A DNA stretch of 64,000 bases from Flavobacteriales bacterium. Its GTDB lineage: Bacteria; Bacteroidota; Bacteroidia; Flavobacteriales_F; PHOS-HE28. Below are positions 56,915-64,000 of the stretch, one piece after another (within the stretch, counting starts at the first letter, position 1; the number at the start of each line of letters is the position of its first letter). The stretch is from contig JADJVC010000001.1 in NCBI GenBank assembly GCA_016710685.1, forward strand, positions 200,948-264,947. The letters run 5' to 3'. Under the pieces are notes generated by a model. The model saw only the letters and a program-made list of their open reading frames with translations, was not told the origin of the DNA and ran no database searches. Position numbers and translations under genes: made by a program.

Positions 56915-57652
56915 TCACACGTTCCCGCTCAGCACATCATCCATCGTGAACATCCCGGTCCGGCCTTTCAACCATTCGGCTGCAACTACGGCACCGGTCG
57001 CAAAGCCTTGCCGGCCGTGGGCTTGGTGGGTTATGGTGATCTTGTCTTCCGGGCTTTCCCAAGTGATGGCGTGCGTACCCGGCACTTCGCCGATGCGGTG
57101 GCTGGTGATGGGCACTTGGTCGGCGGCAGGGGAGTGGCCGTCTTTTTTCAGTTCCCAGCCAGCGTATCGGTTGCTGCGGATGTGCAGGTCGCGTGCCAAG
57201 GTGATGGCGGTGCCGCTGGGCGCATCGAGCTTTTGCAGGTGGTGCGTTTCCTCGATCTGCACGGCGTAGTTGGCTTGGCCGTCCATCAGGCTGGCGAGGT
57301 ACTTGTTCAGCTTGAAAAAGAGGTTTACGCCAATGCTGAAATTGCTGGCCCAGAGCAGCGTGCCCTTGGTATCCGCCACGAGGGTTTTTACAGCACCAAG
57401 CTCATCGTACCAACCGGTGGTGCCCACAACGATCGGCACGCCAGCTTCCAGGCAAAGACGCATATTCGGCAATGCGTTTTCGGGACGACTGAATTCGATG
57501 GCCACGTCGGCACCCGTTGGGGGCGTGCCCGCGTTGTCGTGGTCCACTTTTAGTACGATGGAATGGCCGCGTAGCGTTGCGGCTTTTTCAATGGCTTGGC
57601 CCATTTTTCCGTAGCCGTAGAGTGCGATCTTCATAGTTGTGTTCTGCATCAA
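56915..57652 (-). CDS. dapB: 4-hydroxy-tetrahydrodipicolinate reductase
   Basis: MKIALYGYGKMGQAIE (NAD site); ...EETHHLQKLDAPSGTA... catalytic motif. The start may be the internal Met at 57634. Confidence 0.9.
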   Translation of the reverse strand: MMQNTTMKIALYGYGKMGQAIEKAATLRGHSIVLKVDHDNAGTPPTGADVAIEFSRPENALPNMRLCLEAGVPIVVGTTGWYDELGAVKTLVADTKGTLLWASNFSIGVNLFFKLNKYLASLMDGQANYAVQIEETHHLQKLDAPSGTAITLARDLHIRSNRYAGWELKKDGHSPAADQVPITSHRIGEVPGTHAITWESPEDKITITHQAHGRQGFATGAVVAAEWLKGRTGMFTMDDVLSGNV

Positions 57653-58215
57653 AGGTCCACCCGCAACGATAGCCCGAACGCGCCTTGTGCGGCGAGGCCC
57701 AACGAAGGTCCGGCCTGTACGGTGAGGTCGTTGCTCACATCGAAGCGCACGAAGTAACCATCCACAGAAGCATCCATAATGTTGAGGGCATAGACCAGTC
57801 CCGTCGCCACGTAGCTCAGGTCGCGCCAGCGGTGGTATGTGTCAGCTACGTTGCGGAGCTGGTCGCCGGAGTAGATGCCGTTGAATTCATCCGGGCGGTT
57901 GTTAACGACGTCCAAATAAGCCGATTTGTAGCGCTGGTATTCCTTGTTGTTGTCCTGGATGAACCAATATGAAACACCGAGACCGCCCAGCACGATGGGC
58001 ACTTTCCAATACTTGCGGTTGTACACCTGGCCAGCGCCGGGCAGCACGGCGGAATAGATCGCGGCGCGAACAGGCTGGTGGCGGGCGCGCCAGTCCAAGG
58101 TCGGGGCGCTGGCTGTATCGGTGGATAGCGTGTCCGGCACTTGGGCGCTACAGGCCGTGCCCGCAGCCATTGCGAGGGACAGTAGGAGTGGTAGCGCCAA
58201 TTTCATTCGGTGCAA
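57649..58215 (-). CDS. DUF5683-domain protein (Bacteroidota, conserved upstream of dapB)
   Basis: Signal peptide; ...AAIYSAVLPGAGQVYNRKYWKVPIVLGGLGVSYWFIQDNN... matches the DUF5683 core. Confidence 0.7.
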   Translation of the reverse strand: MHRMKLALPLLLSLAMAAGTACSAQVPDTLSTDTASAPTLDWRARHQPVRAAIYSAVLPGAGQVYNRKYWKVPIVLGGLGVSYWFIQDNNKEYQRYKSAYLDVVNNRPDEFNGIYSGDQLRNVADTYHRWRDLSYVATGLVYALNIMDASVDGYFVRFDVSNDLTVQAGPSLGLAAQGAFGLSLRVDL

Positions 58216-58279
58216 AGGTCATGCATTTCAAGGAAGAGGTCCCAACGCAGGGGTCCGCTATCCATCGAAGATTTTTGTT

Positions 58280-58513
58280 GGCGTGACTCGGCGGAGACAG
58301 AATACGGAGATTCCCCAGAAGAGGCCGCAGATTTCGCCGATTTCGCCGATTTCGCCGATGGCTGCCATCGGCGGTAGTTGCCGGGCGGGCAGCTTTCCCG
58401 CAACGCGGGAAAAAATCTGCGTAATCGGCGCAATCTGAGGCTATCCCAAATGAGGACGGTCGCGTCAACGGCATTCCATTTTCTGATCGTCTGATCATCT
58501 GATCGTCTGATCC
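58280..58513. repeat. Intergenic hairpin-repeat cluster (locus 3 of the dispersed family) with (GATTTCGCCG)x3 and (TCTGATCR)x4 micro-tandem repeats
   Basis: The reverse complement contains CGCCGATTACGCAGATTTTTTCCCGCGTTGCGGGAAAG, the same core as locus 1. GCAGATTTCGCCGATTTCGCCGATTTCGCCGAT lies at 58328-58360 and TCTGATCGTCTGATCATCTGATCGTCTGATCC at 58481-58512. Confidence 0.75.
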
Positions 58514-61500
58514 TCACTTCATCCCCTCCAAAACCGTCCGCACCGCTGCGCCGAGTTGCTGGTCCGTGCCATGGCTAAGCTGCGCGGGGTCGTTGGCCTG
58601 TTTTACATCGGGTTCCAACTGCTGGTTCTCCAAGTATTTGCCGCTGTTGTCCACCATTCCCACTTGGGGGATGCCGAACACCACGTCATTTTGCAGATCT
58701 TCCCACCACACGGCCGTACCGGTGCCGGGCACGGGCATGCCCACCAGTTTGCCAATGCCGAGCGCTTTGTAGGTGAAAGGGAACATGTGCGCATCGGAAT
58801 AATTGCACTCGTTCATCAACACCACGGAAGGGCGGCTCCACTTGAACTCCGGCTCGGTGCCAAGGTCTTGGCCGCGCGGCAGCAGGTGCATGTACACGGT
58901 GCCGCTGAGGAAGGTGGCCAAGTCGTCGTGCAGCCAGCCGCCGCCATTGAAGCGGGTGTCCACGACCAGCGCGTCTTTGTCGTTGAATTTACCGAGCACT
59001 TCCTCATACACGGTCTTAAAACTCTCAACGTTCATGCCGCGCACGTGCACATAACCCACGCGGCCACCGCTGATGCTGTCCACGGCATGGCGGTTCTGCT
59101 CCACCCAGCGTCGGTAACGGAGTTCGTTTTCCTCACCACGCCCAATGGGCTTCACGGTCTCTTCCCAGCGCTTGCCCGTTTTAGGATCGAACATGGAAAG
59201 TAGGGTGTTGCGGTCGGCTTTGCGGTTGAGCAACACGGCTGGGTCTTCCTTGGACGTGATCGGCTTGCCGTCGATTTTTTCGATCACTGTGCCGGCCTTG
59301 ATCTTGGAGCCTGCTTTCACCACTGGTGAACGTTCCATCACTTCGGCGATGGTAAGGCCAGGCGTGGTGTCATTGGTGTAGAACAAGCCCAGCCCGGCGG
59401 TGCGGTCGCCTTCGGGATCGTTGTTGCGATAACCTGCTCCTGTGTGGCTGGCATTGAGCTCGCCCAACATTTCGCTAAGCAGTTCGGCGAAGTCGTAATC
59501 GTTATTGATGTAGGGCAGGAAGGCCTTGTACTCGGTTTTGTAGCGCGCCCAATCCACGCCTTGCAGGTCCACGCGGTAGAATTTCTTCACCACTTGGCGC
59601 CACGCATGCTCGAAAAGATGGTCGCGCTCGGCGGATTCGTTCAGCGTCATTTCGCCGTTGATGCCCACACTTTTCACCTCTCCTTTGTCGAGGTCCACGG
59701 TGGAAATGCCGCCGTTGTTGAGCAGGAAGAGCGTTTTGCCGTCCTTGGAAAGTTCAATACCGCCGGGCTCTTCAGCGCCCATTTTGGCCAGCAGTTTGGT
59801 CTCCTTCGAGCGTACGTCGGTTTCCCACAGGTCGAAGCCTTTCTCGAACGCGGCGAGGTAGTAGAGCTTTTCGCCATCCTTGCTCAGGATGGCATCTGCC
59901 ATGTCGCTTGAGTTGCCGGTGAGCCGCACCTTCCGATATTCAATGCCGTCCAGCTCGAATTTCAACGGAGCGATAAGGGTGTCTTTCTTTTCCTCTTTTC
60001 CCTTCTTTTTATCCTTCCCGTCTTTGCCGTCCTTGCCATCATCACCGTCCTTGTCCTTTCCGTCTTCATCTTTCTTTTTCAGCAGTTCAAATTCTTCTTT
60101 GTTCAGTTCGAAGGTGTCCAATGCGGCCTGCGTAAAGAACATGGCGTACACGTCTTCCTGGCCGCCCCAGCTGGCTTGGCTTTTGTAGCCGTCGCGGTCG
60201 CTGAACCAGATCATGGCCTGGCCGTTAAGCGCCCATTGCGGACGGTTGTTGTTGTAGCCGCTGCGGGTAAGGTTCACCACGGGTTTATCGCCTGCTGCCG
60301 AAACCAGTCCGCATTGCGTGATCCACTGTTTGTCTTGCAGGAATTGCACTAACAGCCACTTGCTGTCCGGGCTCCAGCTGAAGTACTGGTCGCCGTCGCT
60401 GTAGCTGTAGTTCTTGTCGGCGGGCAGCACGGTGCGGGTCTTCTTCGTGGCGAGGTTGTAGACCTTCACGGCCGTGCGTTCTTCCAAGTATGCGATCTCT
60501 TTTCCGTCCGGCGACCACACCGGCTGGAACTCTTCCGCAGGCGTAGCGATCAACGGTTCTTCCTTCAGCACCGTGGCATTGAAGAAGCGCTTTTCGTCCT
60601 TGCGCGTCAACGAAGTGCGGTAAATGTTCCAGCTGCTGTCGCGTTCGCTGGCGTAAATGATGCTGCGGCCATCGGGGCTGAAACTGGCATTGCGTTCTTG
60701 TTCCGGCGTGTCGGTGATGCGGCGCGTGGTGCCTTCCTTCACCGAGGTGACGAACACTTCGCCGCGATGCACGAACACCACTTCTTCGCCATTGGGCGAA
60801 GGCGACATTTCGCTGGCGTCGCCGTGTACTGACACGGTGCGGTCGGCCATGTAGCGCTGGTCCACGGCGGTGCTCACCATCAGCGGTTGCGGCTGTTGGC
60901 CGTCGCGCATGGTGTAGAGCAGGCCACGGAAGGCGAAGCAGATCAACCCGTCGTTGCTGATGGTGAGGTATCGCACGGGGTCTTTGTCGAAGGTGGTGAC
61001 GGCTGTATTTGCGCCGCCGGCCATGGGCAATTTGTAGATGTTGAATGAGCCGCTTTGCTCGCTTAGGAAGAAGATGGTGTTGCCATCCGCGCTGTAAACG
61101 GGGTTGCGGTCTTCACCGTTGAAGGTGCTGAGCTGCGTGTATTTCTTGGTGCCGAGGTCGTACGTCCAAATGTCGCGCGTAACGGATGAGGTGTGGTGCT
61201 TGCGGAAGCCGTTTTCGTAACCCTTGTTGTCGGTGTACGCCAGCGTGCGGCCATCGGGGGAATAGCGCGCGTTCAACGCGGTGGTGGTGAGCACGCGGAG
61301 CGCTTCGCCGCCGGTAACGGGCACCGCGTAGAGTTGCGGAAAAATGCCAGATGGGAACTGGCGGTCCTTCACATCGCCCAAGCGCGCGCTGCTGAAGATC
61401 ACGGACTTGTCATCGGGCGTAAAATCACTGGGTATGTCGCTGGCGCTGTTCTCCGTGAGCCGCGTTGCGGGTCCGCCGGCAGCGGGCATGATGAACACGT

Positions 61501-61768
61501 CGTCGTTGCCATGGCGGCTGCTGGCGAAAGCGATCCACTTGCCATCGTGCGACCACACCGGAGCGAACTCATAGGCCTCGTTCGTAGTGAGCAACGAAGC
61601 TGTTCCGCCATTGGCATCCACGCGCCACAAGTCACCTTGGTAGCTGAATGCGATGGTCTTTCCGTCCGGTGAGATGGCCGGATAGCGGAGCCATTTGGCC
61701 TCGTTCTGCGCTTGCGCGGAAAAGGAGAGCAAAGCAATGGCGGATAGGGCAAGGAGAATGCGGTTCAT
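58514..61768 (-). CDS. Tricorn-protease-like peptidase (TolB-type beta-propellers + PDZ + S41 C-terminal processing peptidase domain)
   Basis: Signal MNRILLALSAIALLSFSAQAQ; WD40-like blades (ISPDGKTIAFSYQGDLWRV...); K/D/G-rich low-complexity linker; PDZ; S41 catalytic region ...VVDTRFNGGGWLHD... Confidence 0.85.
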   Translation of the reverse strand: MNRILLALSAIALLSFSAQAQNEAKWLRYPAISPDGKTIAFSYQGDLWRVDANGGTASLLTTNEAYEFAPVWSHDGKWIAFASSRHGNDDVFIMPAAGGPATRLTENSASDIPSDFTPDDKSVIFSSARLGDVKDRQFPSGIFPQLYAVPVTGGEALRVLTTTALNARYSPDGRTLAYTDNKGYENGFRKHHTSSVTRDIWTYDLGTKKYTQLSTFNGEDRNPVYSADGNTIFFLSEQSGSFNIYKLPMAGGANTAVTTFDKDPVRYLTISNDGLICFAFRGLLYTMRDGQQPQPLMVSTAVDQRYMADRTVSVHGDASEMSPSPNGEEVVFVHRGEVFVTSVKEGTTRRITDTPEQERNASFSPDGRSIIYASERDSSWNIYRTSLTRKDEKRFFNATVLKEEPLIATPAEEFQPVWSPDGKEIAYLEERTAVKVYNLATKKTRTVLPADKNYSYSDGDQYFSWSPDSKWLLVQFLQDKQWITQCGLVSAAGDKPVVNLTRSGYNNNRPQWALNGQAMIWFSDRDGYKSQASWGGQEDVYAMFFTQAALDTFELNKEEFELLKKKDEDGKDKDGDDGKDGKDGKDKKKGKEEKKDTLIAPLKFELDGIEYRKVRLTGNSSDMADAILSKDGEKLYYLAAFEKGFDLWETDVRSKETKLLAKMGAEEPGGIELSKDGKTLFLLNNGGISTVDLDKGEVKSVGINGEMTLNESAERDHLFEHAWRQVVKKFYRVDLQGVDWARYKTEYKAFLPYINNDYDFAELLSEMLGELNASHTGAGYRNNDPEGDRTAGLGLFYTNDTTPGLTIAEVMERSPVVKAGSKIKAGTVIEKIDGKPITSKEDPAVLLNRKADRNTLLSMFDPKTGKRWEETVKPIGRGEENELRYRRWVEQNRHAVDSISGGRVGYVHVRGMNVESFKTVYEEVLGKFNDKDALVVDTRFNGGGWLHDDLATFLSGTVYMHLLPRGQDLGTEPEFKWSRPSVVLMNECNYSDAHMFPFTYKALGIGKLVGMPVPGTGTAVWWEDLQNDVVFGIPQVGMVDNSGKYLENQQLEPDVKQANDPAQLSHGTDQQLGAAVRTVLEGMK

Positions 61769-61973
61769 GAAACGGGTGCTGGTGGAAGTTGGTCAAATCT
61801 ATTAAAAGGCGACATTAAAGTGAACGCTATTCCTGAGCAGCCATGTTTAAATTTCTTTGTGTTGGGGCGTTTGCAGAGCCGGAAGCGATGCCAGTGCAGC
61901 TTTCGACAAACCAACGTGAAAACTTCCTTAGAATCACTTTCAACGGCACAATTCAACAGCCCACCTTTACACC

Positions 61974-63341
61974 ATGAAACGCGTCCACTTCATCGCTATC
62001 GGCGGCAGCGCCATGCACAACTTGGCCATCGCGCTGCACCAGAAAGGCTTCGAGGTGAGCGGGAGCGATGATGAGATCTTCGAGCCCAGCCGCACCCGTC
62101 TGAACAACCTCGGCCTGCTACCTGCGCGCATGGGCTGGGAACCGCAGAACATCACCAAGGAACTCGACGCGGTGATCCTCGGCATGCACGCGCGCGCCGA
62201 CAATCCTGAGCTGCAACGTGCGCAAGAGCTGGGCATCCCGGTGTTCAGCTACCCGGCGTATTTCTATGAGCAGACCAAGGAAAAAACGCGGGTGGTGATC
62301 GGCGGAAGCCACGGAAAAACCACCATCACGTCCATGATCGTACACGTGCTTCGCGCCGCCGGCGTGGACTTCGACTACCTCGTGGGCGCGCAGCTCGAGG
62401 GGTTCGATTGCATGGTGCGCTTGGGCGCAAAAAGCAAGATCGCCGTGATCGAAGGCGATGAATACTTGGCTTCCACATTGGAGCCGGTGCCGAAATTCCA
62501 CCTCTACAAACCGGACATTGCCTTGGTGAGCGGCATCGCATGGGACCACATCAACGTGTTCAAGACCTTCCAGAGTTACGTAGACCAGTTCGGCATTTTC
62601 ATGGACCTGGTGGAGCCGGGCGGAAAGCTGGTGTACTGCGCGGAAGACCCCGTGGTGAAGGAATTGGCGGAAGCGCGAAAGGGCAGGAGCGACGTGGCCC
62701 AAGTGCCCTACGGCGTACCAAAGCATGCGATCCGCGAAGGCGAGACCGTGCTATTGACAGCACATGGCGAAATACCGCTGAAGATCTTCGGCAAGCACAA
62801 CTTGATGAACCTGGAAGGCGCGCGCCACGTGTGCCACCAGCTCGGCATCGGCGATGAGGAATTCTACACGTCCATTGCCACGTTCACCGGCGCTGCGAAG
62901 CGCTTGGAAAAGCTCGCGGAGCATGGCGATAAAGTGGTTTTCAAAGATTTCGCCCATTCGCCCAGCAAGCTGAAAGCCACGGTGGACGCGGTGCGCGAGC
63001 AATTTCCAAACCGGAAGCTCATTGCGTGTATGGAGTTGCACACCTTCAGCAGCCTAAGCGAAAACTTCCTGGACCAATACGCCGGTTGCATGGACGCCGC
63101 CGATCGGGCACTGGTGTTCTACGATCCGCACGCGGTGCAATTGAAGCGGCTGCCGCCCGTGCCGACTGAGCGGATCCAAAGCGCCTTCAAACGCGATGAC
63201 CTGCACGTGCTCACCGAGCCCGTCGCCTTGATGGGCGCGGTGCGCAAAGACATGGGCGATGCTGGCGTGCTGCTGATGATGAGCAGCGGGAACTTTGGAG
63301 GGATGGACTTGAGCGCTTTGGCAGAAGCGTTTATTGCTTGA
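61974..63341 (+). CDS. mpl: Mur ligase family protein, most like UDP-N-acetylmuramate:L-alanyl-gamma-D-glutamyl-meso-diaminopimelate ligase (Mpl) / MurC-like
   Basis: VHFIAIGGSAMHNLAIALHQKGFEVSGSD (Rossmann N-domain); GGSHGKTTITSMIVHVL (P-loop); ...IEGDEYLAS... central domain; 455 aa. Confidence 0.75.
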   Translation: MKRVHFIAIGGSAMHNLAIALHQKGFEVSGSDDEIFEPSRTRLNNLGLLPARMGWEPQNITKELDAVILGMHARADNPELQRAQELGIPVFSYPAYFYEQTKEKTRVVIGGSHGKTTITSMIVHVLRAAGVDFDYLVGAQLEGFDCMVRLGAKSKIAVIEGDEYLASTLEPVPKFHLYKPDIALVSGIAWDHINVFKTFQSYVDQFGIFMDLVEPGGKLVYCAEDPVVKELAEARKGRSDVAQVPYGVPKHAIREGETVLLTAHGEIPLKIFGKHNLMNLEGARHVCHQLGIGDEEFYTSIATFTGAAKRLEKLAEHGDKVVFKDFAHSPSKLKATVDAVREQFPNRKLIACMELHTFSSLSENFLDQYAGCMDAADRALVFYDPHAVQLKRLPPVPTERIQSAFKRDDLHVLTEPVALMGAVRKDMGDAGVLLMMSSGNFGGMDLSALAEAFIA

Positions 63342-63555
63342 TTAGTTGTCCGTTGTCCGTTGTACGGACGATTGGCTTATGCAGCTCGGCATCGCACCGC
63401 GGAGTGGTTGCACGCTTCGGTGTCTCAAGCGCAAAACGCTAACGCCCGTGCGATTGACTGAGGCCGTCGGCTGCATGCCGTCGTCAATGCATTTTGGCGT
63501 TTCAACGCAAGCCTGCGCCAGAGCACTTCGGCGCTGCGTGCCTGACAACTGACAA

Positions 63556-63999
63556 CTACCCCCTGAACTTCCGCAGCAACTTATCGTGGATCAGCGCGAA
63601 GAGCAGCGCATTGAGCGACCCCGCCATGAACAAGCCAAAAAAGGTGAGCAGGGAATAAGTGCCTGCATTGTACATCGCGCCCACTTTTTCGCGGGCCAAA
63701 GCTTCGGGATGCCCTTGGGCCATGAAGCCTTCCACGAGTTTGTCGTTGTAAACGGTGAAGGCCGTGGTGTCCATCGTTTTGTAGAAGATCCACGTGAAAG
63801 CCGCGAGTAACAGGGCGTACAGCACGGCGCTTTGGAAGCCGGCGCGCATCAATTCACCTGCGCCGCGCGATGGATCACGGCCCAGCAAAAAATGTCCGCT
63901 GAAATACACGGCCAGCACAATGAAAAGCATGTGGACCAGGATGAAATCGAACGGTGCAACGGTGACGCCTGTATAAAGGAGCACCGTGCGCAACACCAT
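63556..63999 (-). CDS. DUF4199-like integral membrane protein (may extend past the window end)
   Basis: 147 aa with 4 hydrophobic helices; Bacteroidota-specific family. The start Met is at the last codon position inside the window. Confidence 0.55.
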   Translation of the reverse strand: MVLRTVLLYTGVTVAPFDFILVHMLFIVLAVYFSGHFLLGRDPSRGAGELMRAGFQSAVLYALLLAAFTWIFYKTMDTTAFTVYNDKLVEGFMAQGHPEALAREKVGAMYNAGTYSLLTFFGLFMAGSLNALLFALIHDKLLRKFRG

Positions 64000-64000
64000 G

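Noticed and set aside
59960-60080. CT-rich low-complexity tract (ctttcttttcctcttttccc...)
   Set aside because: It is the coding sequence for a K/D/G-rich flexible linker (KKKDEDGKDKDGDDGKDGKDGKDKKKGKEEKKD) inside the tricorn protease, not a regulatory element.
1-64000. tRNA, rRNA, tmRNA, RNase P or SRP genes in intergenic gaps
   Set aside because: Visual scanning of all gaps >100 bp found no T-loop or anticodon-arm patterns such as GGTTCGAATCC. A tRNAscan or Infernal run would be needed to be certain.

Overview
This window looks like a high-GC (~60%) Bacteroidota chromosome segment that is very rich in type IX secretion system (T9SS) cargo genes. About 10 genes carry either a Por_Secre_tail (type A) or a gliding-motility CHU_C (type B) C-terminal sorting domain, several of them giant adhesin-like proteins with SprB, PKD, MAM, FG-GAP, delta-60 or SBBP repeats. 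Housekeeping genes are interspersed: clpB (partial), xseA, xseB, recF, a DciA-like DUF721 protein, mazG, a DUF47–PiT phosphate transporter pair, recN, fabI, a NUDIX CoA pyrophosphatase, lepB x2, dapB, tricorn protease, an Mpl-like Mur ligase, and a prolyl oligopeptidase. There are two TonB-dependent receptors and a two-component cluster (receiver–receiver–histidine kinase, plus a separate HisKA_2 sensor kinase).

The most interesting unannotated structure is a REP–RAYT–REP unit. An IS200-like REP-associated tyrosine transposase gene is flanked by inverted ~28-bp imperfect-palindrome REP hairpins, and it sits at the left edge of a ~2.5-kb low-GC (35–50%) islet. The islet is inserted in front of a TonB-dependent receptor and is bracketed by ~300-bp direct repeats of that receptor's promoter and 5' end. 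It also carries a 5'-truncated T9SS gene fragment and a mosaic gene that fuses a low-GC N-terminal module to a GC-rich CTD.

Separately, a distinct family of hairpin-rich dispersed intergenic repeats occurs at three loci (~28.5 kb, ~48 kb, ~58.3 kb). Its shared core is CGCCGATTACGCAGAT + TTCCCGCGTTGCGGGAA.

Other notable features:
- Five near-identical 258-bp tandem coding repeats in a T9SS cargo gene.
- A 297-bp tandem duplication that creates a truncated second copy of a DHCW-cupin gene, next to a G-rich minisatellite.
- Four frameshifted surface or secreted genes: a TonB-dependent receptor and three T9SS cargo genes.
- A long inverted repeat between dapB and lepB.
- An unusual AT-rich 19-bp-stem bidirectional terminator.

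No rRNA, tRNA or CRISPR array was recognised.
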